From the human T2T-CHM13v2.0 reference genome, Homo sapiens, in the NCBI RefSeq assembly GCF_009914755.1, contig NC_060926.1: a stretch of 64,000 bases of DNA. One strand, given 5' to 3'. The notes under the pieces are model-generated. The model saw only the letters and a list, made by a program, of their open reading frames with translations. It searched no databases and had not been told where the DNA came from. Below are positions 1 through 13,007 of this stretch, piece after piece (the stretch's first letter is position 1; each line of letters starts with the position of its first letter). A program made the position numbers and the translations under genes.

Positions 1-1060
1 ATGATCCAAAAGAAGTTTAAAGTCTTAATTTTTTTCATTTGAAAATTGAAACAACACCCCTGAGTTTCTCTATCATCTTTTCTCAGTGGCCATACTGTAA
101 AGGACTGTATTAAAAATGAAGTCCTTGTTGTCCTGCTCTAAGCCTTATGGCATGGAGTTTCCTTAAAGTTGAATTCTAAAAGATCTGTTAATCATATCTA
201 CATCTATCTACCTACCTATTTCAATCTAATTTTTCTATTAGTAAAAATATAAACATATATACACTTAACTCCCCAGATAATTTTTATGAGTATCTCTTTT
301 TTTTTCTTTTTTGGCCAGGATTCTTAGACTATGATAAAAATGATACAAAATCACTATTAGGATAAATGAGCTATAGATTCTGATTATTTTTATTTAAGAA
401 ACAGGCATAATTGTGGTTTTTCAGTCAGTATCTTTTGAACGATGAAGGTTTAATGGGAGAATAAATAATCTACTTGAACAAAGAAAATGGCCCCTGAATG
501 TTAATATTGTGTTTTTTGTCTTGGCTTTTGTGTGATGAGCCATTTGTAATTTTTAGAAAGCTACTTGGGAGGACAAATGTAATAATGTCTTGAACCCCTA
601 GGCAGAAAAGCACTATATAATTACATCTTTAAAATAGTATTACCATAGTTTTGTCCTAAAATTTTTGTTACTTACAGGGAAATCTTTTAGTAGGTGAATC
701 CCCCTGGTTACACTGCTTCTTCCCTTTCTGTCCAGAAGTGTTTTAAATGAGCTGAAAATGGTCTCTCAGTAAAGCAGAGTGTCTCCCGTTAGGAAGCAGC
801 TGGATTAGGAGCACTTGACCTTTCTGAGTTGGGTATGCAGAAATTGCCAATAAAGATTTTACAGGAAAAGAAAGTGAGCTGACTGAAAATGCTGTCTCTT
901 AATGCTTTAGATACTTTTGTTTGCTTTATTTGCTCCAATTAACAAGGTTAAACTCTGGAATCTATAACAAAGACAATGCCCTTTTGAAATTGGTATATTT
1001 AGGAATAGGAGTTAGATGATAGTGGTTTGTAAGTGATAAGATTGCTTCTTTCTGAAATTA

Positions 1061-1310
1061 TTCATTTCAATAAGTATTAACTGAATATACTTTGTGCTAA
1101 TTACTGACAACATGATGGCAAACAATACCTGAAGGCTATGGTCTAGCAGCAAGACAGATTCTAATCAGAGGTAGTATTGTAATCATTTCAACTACCATGA
1201 AGGAGAAGTACAGCATTATGAGAACATACAGCAGGTGTCCTGATCTCATAGGAGAGGTGGCAGTGGTTAGGGAAGATTTTCCTAAAGAATATCCATCTGA
1301 GTATGTGAAT
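1061..1310 (-). mobile_element. L2 3'-end fragment (highly diverged)
   Basis: Starts ttcatttcaataagtattaactgaatatactttgtgcta, resembling the reverse complement of the L2 3' tail, followed by purine-rich L2-like sequence; boundaries approximate. Confidence 0.5.
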
Positions 1311-2589
1311 ATTATCTTATTGTCTCATCATTTTTAGCATAAGGCATTTTGCATCTAATCATGTTTTTCTTTGTTCCCCAAATACCTCCTGAGATAGGTT
1401 TAATAACAAATGCTTAATTATAAGACAAGAACAAGAGAAATTACGTTACATTGGAATTTTTCAACCCCCTCTCTAGATTGCTGAGGCATTAAATATGTCT
1501 TGGTTTGGCATTACAAAATATTAATATAATTGGCTCAACGGTGAGCAATTACATTTTACTTCTTAAGAATGCTATTGGAATTAGACTGAGTCCTGCCATA
1601 TTCTTTTTGTTCTCATGTTGTGAATACTAGAAACACCAGCTTTGCTATTATTTTCATCTACTGGTTAAAGATAAGAAAGCCAGTAAGACAGTGTTTTATA
1701 AACAATTCTATGGAATTTTTCCCACATAAAAATAAAACCGAAGTGGTCTCTTATTAGCAGTTTCAGAATGTAGCCAAAAGCTCTTTTTATAGAGACACAG
1801 GTCCTTCAATGCCTGCAAATGCCTCTAGAGTAGACTGCGTTTCACTTGTTCTTGTGGGAAAAGTTTCCATTGCCATTGGACTGGATTATGTCTGTTCCGA
1901 AAATAGTGATGTTCATTTCCGTTTCTGTCATTCAGATATCTTTCATGAGTTTTCCATTTTTAAAACACAAGGCACATGAAAGATGCTATATAAAATCAAA
2001 TTCATTTTTATAATCTCTGATGGCATCTTCATCCTGTAACTTCTATTCTGGGATTTTGTAGCCATAACACAAAGAACAGCAATCAACAACAGAGTGCAAG
2101 ATGAGATTAGAATTGCTGTGCCTGATCACCCAATCAGACACTGCAGCTTCAGTTGAACACATGCTTTGCCTATAACTGTCCCTTTGCAGAAAGTACGAAT
2201 AACCTTTTAATGCCCATCTATAATCAGTGTAACTTAATTTTGCTTTTTTCACTCCAGAGTTCAATCAGAATCCCAAAAAAGGTCAGTATTTTTGAGTTGA
2301 AATGAGACCACTCTGCACCAATTTAGGAATGTTAGAATCCTTAAAGTTTCTGTGGAGGAAAATTTCAAAAATGGTAAAACCAATTCTTTAGAGACTGTTT
2401 CACATTCCTATTAGCTTTATAAAGAAAGTCCATATTTACAACTAAAAATGATAATGAATAAATATAACTAGTCATGATTAATTTTTTTATCGAAGGTTCT
2501 TAAACTCTGACAACATTATTATTATTCTTATTATTGCAAAGACTTGTGGTATAAAGTTACCCAAATTTTTAACCTGCCTGTAAATTCTA

Positions 2590-2722
2590 TGTACTTTTCC
2601 CAGTGCAGAAACCAGGATTAAGTGATTTGCACAAGGTCACAATGCAATGTAGCAGCATGTTGAAGACTGTAATTCAGCACTCCTCATTTGTACAGTTTGA
2701 TCAGCATAATCAGCTCTACTAC
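2590..2722 (-). mobile_element. MIR fragment
   Basis: ggattaagtgatttgcacaaggtcacaatgcaatgtagcagc resembles the antisense MIR core (aggttaagtgacttgcccaaggtcacacagc). Confidence 0.55.
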
Positions 2723-3351
2723 CTCCCTGAATTAGATAAGGTTATCTCTTGCTGTAAAAATGCTATAGTCAGAGATCACTTTGATTCCCTTTCCAAGGTC
2801 AAAAATAATCCCATTAGGATAGGTTAGGAATAATAAGATAATCCTTTTGATCTCAATTTGTAGTGTTATATAGTGTAATTCTTTCTCCAACTCATCCATT
2901 ACTTTATTCAATGAATATTTAAATACTGCACTTGGCTCTAGTTAGGTTTGTAGAACTATAGTTTAAACATTATTAAAACGTTAAATCACTTATATATGAA
3001 GTTTTTAATTGAACGTATTACAAAAAGGAAAAATCACATTTTTGCCTTACAGTCTTCAAATCAGTTTTTGGGTTTTTTTGGTTTTGTTTTGTTTCGTTTT
3101 TGTTTTTGTTGGCTTAAGAATTGGGGGATTTTAGGATTCCCTCTCCTACTTTATTGTCTTTGTCTATGTAATGGCTCTTTCAGTTCCTAAAACTTCTTAT
3201 CCTACAGCTGAGGGCTATCATCGGACACTACAAATTGACTATGACACTTTGTGCATTTGCTCTAGATAAAATGGTATTATGATTTGTGACACCAAAGCAG
3301 GTGGAAAAGGGAATAAGAAGGCAAGTCTGGAAATGCTGGTAAACCATTCTT

Positions 3352-3707
<356 letters not shown>

Positions 3708-3871
3708 TGACAAAATAATTCAACCTATTCTTTCATAGACTCCTCCCCGCCGCATAAAAAACTGGTAATGACCCAATTATGACACAACCCAATTTTGTGT
3801 TTTGAAGAGATTAGACAAATTTTAATGTCAGTGGGGAGTTCATCGTTGACCTTTTCCAATAGCCCTCTAAC

Positions 3872-3954
3872 AGCCCAGGAGGTGGAGGCTTCAGTGAGCT
3901 GTGATCACACCACCTGGGCGACAGAGCGAGACCTGTCTCAAAAAAGAAAAAAAA
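3872..3954 (+). mobile_element. Alu right-arm fragment (AluJ/FRAM-like), 5'-truncated
   Basis: gcccaggaggtggaggcttcagtgagctgtgatcacacc...gggcgacagagcgagacctgtctc followed by an A tail. Confidence 0.85.
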
Positions 3955-4084
3955 GGCCCTCAGAGTTAATCACTCACACTCTGTGCTTTTGTCTTTGTTA
4001 ATGAGTTTGTTACAGTATGCATGGTCCTACTGCTGCATTTATAAAGGAGTCATAAAAATATACTGTGAGATGTATGTGATGTTT

Positions 4085-4215
4085 ATGTGTATTTCTTTGC
4101 TAGACTACTTTGGGTTTTGAAAACAATAATTTTATTCATGTCTGTATTCTAAGCCCTAGTACAATGCCTGCCACATGATAATAACCAATAAATAATTGTG
4201 AATGGAATAAAATGA
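4085..4215 (+). mobile_element. L2 3' end
   Basis: tctgtattctaagccctagtacaatgcctgccacatgat...caataaataattgtgaatggaataaaatga matches the L2 terminus. Confidence 0.6.
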
Positions 4216-4544
4216 GTTAAATTGATTTGAACTCTAACATTTTCCTCTGAGGTAAATAAACTTACAAGATAAACAGTAACTTGCTAGGCAAGTTGTGGCA
4301 GTATGTCACTGGATGCCAGTACAGAAGACTTAGAAGCTAATACTACCTATACTGTACTTTCGATCCTCATACTACTAGTACTTCCTGTGACCAGCTTCTC
4401 TTCATCCAACAGATCCTTGGGAAGAATTGTATAATGCCTAGCTGACTTAGTTGTGAGATAACTTGAAAGCTGAAAGACTGCTGTTACTACAACTGAGGAA
4501 ATGTACAGATCTTTGGGGATCCTGTCACAAAGATTAGAATCTTT

Positions 4545-4788
4545 CCCTGAGGTCGGGGGTTGAAGACCAGCCTGGCCAATGTGGCGAAACTCCATCTCCA
4601 CTGAAACTATAAAAATTAGCTGGGCGTGGTGGTGGGCGCTTGTAGCCCCAGCTACTCTAGGGGCTGAAACGAGAATCACTTGAACCCAAGTAGTGGAGAT
4701 GGCAGTGAGCAGAGATTGCACCACCGCACTCCAGCCTGGACGACAGAGTGAGATTCTGTCTCATAAAAAAAAGAAAAACGACAACAAA
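4545..4788 (+). mobile_element. AluS, 5'-truncated
   Basis: Begins at cctgaggtcggg, has a complete right arm and A-rich tail; 16-bp TSD aaagattagaatcttt (4529-4544) / aaagattagaatattt (4789-4804). Confidence 0.93.
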
Positions 4789-5260
4789 AAAGATTAGAAT
4801 ATTTAAGGACTGCCGAATTAAGTCTTATTTTCTGCTTCATTTTTGCCACAGATCTGGACTCTGTTCAGATTATAAGAAGGCTTTCAAGTAATAAAACTAT
4901 GAATATCTTAAAAGCTTATGAATCAGCCTTGTCTTTTACTGTCATTGTGGCATTTGTTGTACTTTTAGTACTCTGAGTTTTGGAGTTTTCATTGTTCTCC
5001 TATGACTAAGCCCCTGTTCTCTTCCCTGTATCCCTGTCTATGGAGTTTCAGTGTATATTCATGTGCCCAATTCCCTGACTTGATTCCATATTAACTGCCT
5101 CAGCTCCTCTAGTTTCAGGGTCTTTCTTACACTCTGAAAAAATCGGGTGTCCTTATTGGAGTCTCATTTTTCACTGATGCCAGCTCTTCTACTTTGACCT
5201 AAAACTCACAATCCTGCGCTCTGCTCATTTAACACTGTTCTGCCATTATCTGCTGCTCAT

Positions 5261-5283
5261 CACACACACCCACACACACACAC
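5261..5283. repeat. interrupted (CA)n microsatellite
   Basis: cacacacacccacacacacacac seen directly. Confidence 0.85.
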
Positions 5284-6544
5284 GCCTTCCTTTCTTTATG
5301 ACTTGCTGTCTTGATACCCTCCTAATACCTGATCCTTCAGACAAGTTCCTTCAGTTGTCTTCTTTCTGGATCCCAGCCATTCTCGGAAAGAGAGTTTAGT
5401 CCTGTTACTGACTATACTTAATTAGCATAGCATGGTCCGGAATAAGACAGCAGGGATGGGGGCTGCCCTGAGGAGTTTCTGGATACACAGTCTCACCAGA
5501 GTTGTCTTGCACACAACCTGTAGGTAAATATATGAACACTGAAGTGTAAAACTTTTGACAGGAACTACTCAAGTGTTCTGTCTTTTTCTTTGGAGTTATG
5601 TGAATAACGAGAAAGCATAGTGTTTTGGAATTTAAAAATGCTCGATTCAGAGTTGAACAGTCTACTTCTTCAATCTCTGAAAATTATTTATCTAAGATTT
5701 CTTTGAGAAAATCATTTGGTATTAGCTGTTTTTACTTATGTTTCCATGCAGTCTGCCAAATAATTTGTTTCTTTTGTATTTATGCCTGGTGAGTATTCAT
5801 AGTTGCTTAATGTAAACTTTATTTGGTTGCTATTTAGCCAAGTGATTTATTTTTTTCTCACAAAAATCCTTAATTAGTTTTGTTCAGCTCTAAAATTCTT
5901 TCTTATTTATTCTTTATTTTCCTTGGAATGAATATAGTTTCCTGAAATGAGTTTATCAGAATCATAGGGATTAGGGAGAAATTCTCTCTTAACCAATTTA
6001 TTTCAACTGTTATTTACCCACTTGCTTACTGGAGATCATATATGTTTTATTTGTCTTGAAATCCATAAACAGAGCTTATTAAAGTAGTGAATCATATCTC
6101 CCACTGACAGTAATGTCCTTCTCTGCAAGCTTGTGAAGCCATTTTGAACATATGCATAAATTCAGATGTTGTGATATAATAGCTTAGGGAATTAGGCTGC
6201 CTTTTTCATTCTGTTCTGTAAATAACAAGAAAAAGATAAAATGATTTTATCATTAAAGAAACACTCTCTGGTCCAAATCTCTTAGAAGAATAGTCAATTT
6301 TCCTAAGTTATAAAATGTTCGATTGATTTCTTTTATAGAACATTTGTTTCTTATTGAAATTTAGCATTTCAATATGAATCTACTTTTTGAAATATGCAAT
6401 CAAGTAAACTGAGGCCTAGAATATATTCTGATTTAGTAAATTCTGTGAACACCAAGCAGAGTGAACTTTCTCAGGTATTTGACTTTTTCATTGAAATCAA
6501 ATAAGGTTAAATAAGAAGTGAATTAGTTTATAAAAACACACCAG

Positions 6545-6913
<369 letters not shown>

Positions 6914-8329
6914 TTAGTTTTGTATGCCAAGCATAGATTTTGTGTGTTTGAATGCAAAGGAAGGAAGAGAAAAGAACTATTTGCATAGTATTTCATAAAA
7001 CCAAATACGTTCAATTATAGGACTATCATTTATTTTGTAATTATTGGGTTAAAATTACTTTTATTAAATAATGGTTAACATTATATGGTAGTTTTAAAAG
7101 AAATATCCTTATTTACTGATGTGTGAAATTCCAAAGTTTAGGAACTACTGTTTTAGAGAACTATAGAAAAAGTGAGAAGACCATCACAGACTCATATAAA
7201 AATGTTAGAAGCTAAGCTTACAGTTATTTACAGTGTTCTTATTTCTCACAAGGAAAACTTCAGCAAAATAAAGGTATTCTCAGTAAAACATCATCCTTAG
7301 AGACTACATTTGCATTTGAATGGTGTTATTCCCTTTATACTCTCAAAAAGTATTACATTAAATATTAATGCAACATTTTGCTCCTGTTATTGTTCACTTT
7401 CACTTCTGCTAAACGTTAACTTCTCAGCCTGTACAAGAAGATGTAGATGAGAAACGGTATTTAGTGATACAATGTAGCCAATCTCAAGTTATTTTAGTTC
7501 CAGCATGGTTTATTGTGTAATGCTGGCAACTCAAAAGACTGTCACTATTCGCATGAAGTTATCACCACCAATATGCTTCTTTGCTTACCATAGCCTGCTT
7601 CTTTTGTAATATTTCTTTCAAAAATGCAATTGCTGGAATAGATAGTAATTATAATACAAAATAGAAAACATCCATATAGAAGCACTTTTTCTTTCTTTTT
7701 CTTGTGCTGACAGAAAGTATAATAGAAATAAGCTTTCTAACCAACATTAGCCTTCCCTGTGGAACAGGACATTAGTTATGTGAGCCTTTTTAATAACAAT
7801 AAAAAAACCTGGAAGCACAAAAGCTTCACAAAATAACAACAATTATTATTATGACAACCAGGAGTTTTAGAAACTAAATTGTCACTTGCTAACCACTTTT
7901 CCATACAATATTTCATTTGACCCTATTGGCTAAAAAATTAATGCATTTCACCAACTTCACCAACTTTGGGCAGCTGAATTCTCTGGAGGTCTATGTTAAA
8001 AAAAAAAGAAAAACTATCAGATCACTTGGTTCTCATGTCTATCCTTCACTAACAGTGTTACCCATAACATGTTTATTTTTTTGTTAACTTCTTTATGCCT
8101 CAGTTTCTATATCTGTTGTATAGCTCTATAAAGGAATCAACATGTAGATGCAAAGTGGTAACGTTAACACTGCCCATCTCCCAGCCCAGCATACAGTGGG
8201 CTTTCAACTAATGGAAACTAGACACTAATCAATTCATTTTCCGCCCAAATCCTCTATTTGGGAGCACACTTTTTATCCAGGAATGAGGTTGTGCAGAATC
8301 TGCCATCTTCCTATTCAATAGCAAATGTC

Positions 8330-8620
8330 TTCTATGTGATAGCTAGTGGTTTCATTACTGCTAAGACAAAAATACATTTTAAGAAACAGCCCTGAAGTCT
8401 AAGGAATTTTCATTCCAGTGGATAAGAGTTCTATAAGTAAAGGTAATTTTAGTATGATAAGATACATAATTGGAATGATTCACTGAATACTATATGAACA
8501 CAAAAGAGAGTGTTTCAATTCATATTGAGAATTAGGAAAAGCTCACTGGAGAACATAGCACCTATGCTTAATCCTGAAAAAAGAATATAATTTCTCCAGG
8601 CAAATAAAGGTAAGAAGACA
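8330..8620 (-). mobile_element. L2 fragment
   Basis: cagccctgaagtctaaggaattttcattccagtggataag...aattaggaaaagctcactggaga resembles antisense L2. Confidence 0.5.
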
Positions 8621-9092
8621 ATTTCCTCTGCCTCAGGTCTAAGATACAGTCTGAAAGAAGAAGATTAAATAAAATGGACCAATCCTGATCAGTGCAGTAC
8701 TATAAATCTGTATTATTTTTGGCCAGAAATCTATGTAGCTAATATTGCAATTAGGAAAAATATTTTCCTTCCTCAGTATGGATTTAGACTTTACTGTTTC
8801 TATGAATATGTGACTATATCATGGATCCACTAATTATAACTCAGAAGTCCACGAAAAATGAACAGAAACTTTTTCACCTCAAACTTGGCAAGGAAACTTT
8901 AGACAAGATGGGACCTTGGAGTGCTCGAGCCTGATCAGGAGTGTATGTCTAAAGATCCCTGTCTCTTACTTTTCACACTTTCTTCTATGCACGTAAACAC
9001 ACAACTGTATCATTTTAAACAACTTGATCCTTAGAAAATATACTGTTTATAGGTTATTGGAGCTGAAGGATTGGATTGGTGCAAAAGGTTCA

Positions 9093-9282
9093 TTGTGAAT
9101 TTTGTGATGTTCCCTTCAGATCCCTAATTGATGAAAGTCTTCTTTCTCCAGCTGCTGGGAATATTGTCAGCAGACAGCCCCTTCAAGGATTGCCTCAGGT
9201 TCAGAAAGCCTGCTTGCTCATGGTTATGTCCCTTCCCTGGGAGGTACATCTCCAATGACTGATTGGTGTGGGAGTATAAATA
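9093..9282 (+). mobile_element. ERVL LTR fragment (LTR16/LTR33-type), 5' half
   Basis: ttgtgatgttcccttcagatccc...ccagctgctgggaat...gcagacagccc...catctccaatgactgattggtgtgggagtataaa matches the recalled LTR16/33 U3 region up to its TATA box. Confidence 0.7.
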
Positions 9283-9367
9283 TGGTGTCATGTTATAAAG
9301 GAGTTTATCTTGGTCAAACTTGGCTCTACACTGTAGAATTGGGCAAGACTACATACATGACCCCTAA

Positions 9368-9694
<327 letters not shown>

Positions 9695-9851
9695 CATTTT
9701 GGTATTATTTCTACACAAAGTGATAATCGGTATTTAGTATGACATAATACGAGAGTATGTTTCCTTATTCCCCTTGCCACACCACATTCACAAAGATATC
9801 CATGCACACTCACGTATACTATATAATATTAGCCTAAAAAATTATTGTTAA

Positions 9852-10178
<327 letters not shown>

Positions 10179-10379
10179 TTATGATATTATTTATATATAT
10201 ATATTTAAGCTGAGTTTATAAAAATATATTTTATTTTTAAATGCTTTTTTATTAAAAAGCAATATGTGCTATGGTTGAAAAACCCAAAAGTAAAATATAA
10301 AAAGGAAGCAGAGATAATTGCTATTATCATTTTTATATTGCCAAACATCTATAGTAGAAAATTAACATAATTAATAAAT

Positions 10380-10622
10380 ACTATGCATTGTATATAATGT
10401 GTTTTGAATCAGCCTATGGACCATGTGACCAACGTTTAATCATTAGTGCTGTCTTTGTGATATATATGTGATATATGATGTCAATAATATATATATAATT
10501 TCGTTTATATCCTAAAATAAAACAGGACTTAGATATAGAATTATGCAAATATATGTAGGTAAATATAGGCATATGTATAAACAAATATATACGTACATAT
10601 ATAAATAGATGTATATATATGC
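10380..10622. repeat. AT-rich, (TA)n-like low-complexity region
   Basis: Repeated tatata/atatgt runs. Confidence 0.6.
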
Positions 10623-11549
10623 CAGTCTTAATTTGTGACTATAAAATTGTAAAAGAAAATGTCACTGTAGCAGAGATTTTGAGACTCATGATAATAGTAT
10701 TGGATTACAATGTTTTCAAGTATTCAAAATTTGAGAATGATAATCCATGTGCATTTAGTCATCTACAAGCTTCCAGCTAGTCATTCTTTTTTCTAGAAAT
10801 TTTGAAGTATTTCATAGGACTTAACTGTCCCATTTTTAGTCACCGCTGTCCTTAACTTTGTTATTATTAGTAGTATGGCTTGGATTATATTATCTGGACT
10901 CTCTTAAATACAATAGTTTTTAAAGTTTGTGTCTTCCATATATAACAGAATAGAAAATGGTCTTATGGAAAAAGAAGGGAACCCAATTCTTATGCATATA
11001 TTTGGCCCAAACAGGAGCAAATGTCATTAGAACTCTAGTTTTTATTTCTGCAAATGAGAATTTTGCCTCTGTTGTCAAAAGTAGACGAGTCTAGCAATGT
11101 TTTTTACTTGCTGCTTTTCTTCACCCATTGCTGTTATTTATGACAGAAGATTAACATTTTTAGGGAGAAAGCGAAATGTTGTATATCTCGGTTAAGTTAC
11201 AGGAAATATGGTGTACTTTCAGAGAAGGAGAATTTATGATTGTTCATTTGATCATTCAACAAATGATTGTTGAAAATCTGCTAAGTGCCGCCAGTCTCTG
11301 CTCTCATGTTAGGAATATAGCAATGGAGTTATTAGAAACAAAACTACACAAAAAGAAAAAATAATTCTGAACTTTATTATTGATTTTCATTTTATTTCAA
11401 GTCTAAACCCAGTGGTAAAATTCAGTTCACATATACACTTAAATGGTTTTATTGCATCTTTTTCGTATCCAGAAAGAAAATCTGCTGATCTCTACATTTA
11501 TTGATATGTTTATTTCACTCTGACAGTAAAACCATTGGAGACATTGTTT

Positions 11550-12365
11550 GTTATTGTTGTTATTTTTCTTTTTCAACTTTTTAGAATCAGGCAGTACATG
11601 GGCAGGTTTATTACAAAGGTATATTGAATGATGATGAGGTTTGGGGTATGACTGAACCCATCACCCTTTTAGGGAGCATAGTAGCCAGTAGGTGATTTTT
11701 CAGCCCTTTGCCCTTCCATTTCTTTCACCTCTAGTAGTCCTCAGTGTCTACTGTTCCCATCTTTATGTCCATGTGTACTTAATGTTGAGCTCCTACTTAT
11801 AAGTGATGACATTCGATATATGGTTTTCTGTTTCTGCATTCTTTCATTTAAGATAATGGCCTCCAGGACATGATTTCATTCTTTTTTGTAGCTGTGTAGT
11901 ATTCCATGGTGTATATATACCATATTTTCTTTATCTAGTCCACTGTTGTATTAGTTTGTTTTCATGTTGCTACAAGAACTGCTCAAGACTGGGTAATTTA
12001 TAAAGAGGTATAATTGACTCACAGTTCCACATGGCTGGGGAGGCCTTACGAAACTTATAATTGTAGCAGAAGGGGAAGGAAACATGTCTTTCTTCACATG
12101 GTGGGAGGAGAAGTGCCAAGCAAAAGGGGAAAAAGCCCCTTATAAAACCATCAGATCTCATAAGAACTCACTCACTATCCTGAGAACAGCATGAGGGTAA
12201 CCGCCCCCATGATTAAATTACCTCCCACTGGGTCCCTCCCATGACATATGGGGATCATAGGATCTACAATTCAAGATGAGATTTGGGCAGGAACACAGCC
12301 AAACCATATCAACTGTTGATGGGCACCTGGTTTTATTCCATGTTTCTGTTATTGTGGATAGTGCT
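11550..12365 (-). mobile_element. L1PA15/16-like 3' end (non-inverted part of a 5'-inverted L1), interrupted by THE1D
   Basis: Antisense L1 3'UTR (gtacatgggcaggtttattacaaaggtatattgaatgatgatgaggtttggg...ctcctacttataagtga) ending at attgtggatagtgct. Confidence 0.9.
11947..12311 (-). mobile_element. THE1D-like solo LTR (MaLR)
   Basis: tgtattagtttg...gactgggtaatttataaag...ccttataaaaccatcagatctc...agccaaaccatatca; perfect 5-bp TSD actgt (11942-46 / 12312-16). Confidence 0.92.
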
Positions 12366-13007
12366 AGAAGAAAACCCAGGACATATCCTTCTCAATATTG
12401 GACTTGAAAAAGAATTTATGGCCAAGTCCTCAAAAGCAATTGTAACAGAAACAAAAATTGAAAGTGAGGTCTAATTAAAGAGCTTCTGCACAGCAAGAGA
12501 AACTATCAAGGAAATAGACAACCTATTGAATGGGAGAAAATATTTGCATACTATGCATCCAACAAAGGCCTAATATCCAGAATCTATAAGAGACTTAAAT
12601 CAACAAGCAAAAAACAACCCCATTAAAAAGTAGGCAAGGACATGGAATGACACTTCCAAAATAGGATAATACACACAGTCAGTGAATATATGAAAAATAC
12701 TCATCATTACTAATCATTAGAGAAATGCAAATCAAAACCACAATGAGATACCATCTCACACCAGTCAGAATGGCTTTTGTTAAAAAGTCAGAAAATAGCA
12801 GATGTTGGTGAGGCTGCAGAGGAAAAGGAATACATATACATTATTGGTGGGACTGTATATTAGTCTATCCACTATGGAGAACAGTTTGGAGATTTCCCAA
12901 AGAACTAAGAGTTGAACTACAATTAGACCCAAGAATCCCATTACTGGGTATATGCGCAAAGGAAAATCAGTCATTCTACCAAAAGGATACATGCACGTGT
13001 ATGTTCA
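12366..13007 (+). mobile_element. inverted segment of the same L1 (ORF2 C-terminal region)
   Basis: agaagaaaacccagga...agaaatgcaaatcaaaaccacaatgagataccatctcacaccagtcagaatggc...atgcacgtgtatgttca is sense L1 ORF2 (ORF track LEENPGHILLNIGLEKEFMAKSSKAI); outer TSD agacattgttt / agacattattt. Confidence 0.9.
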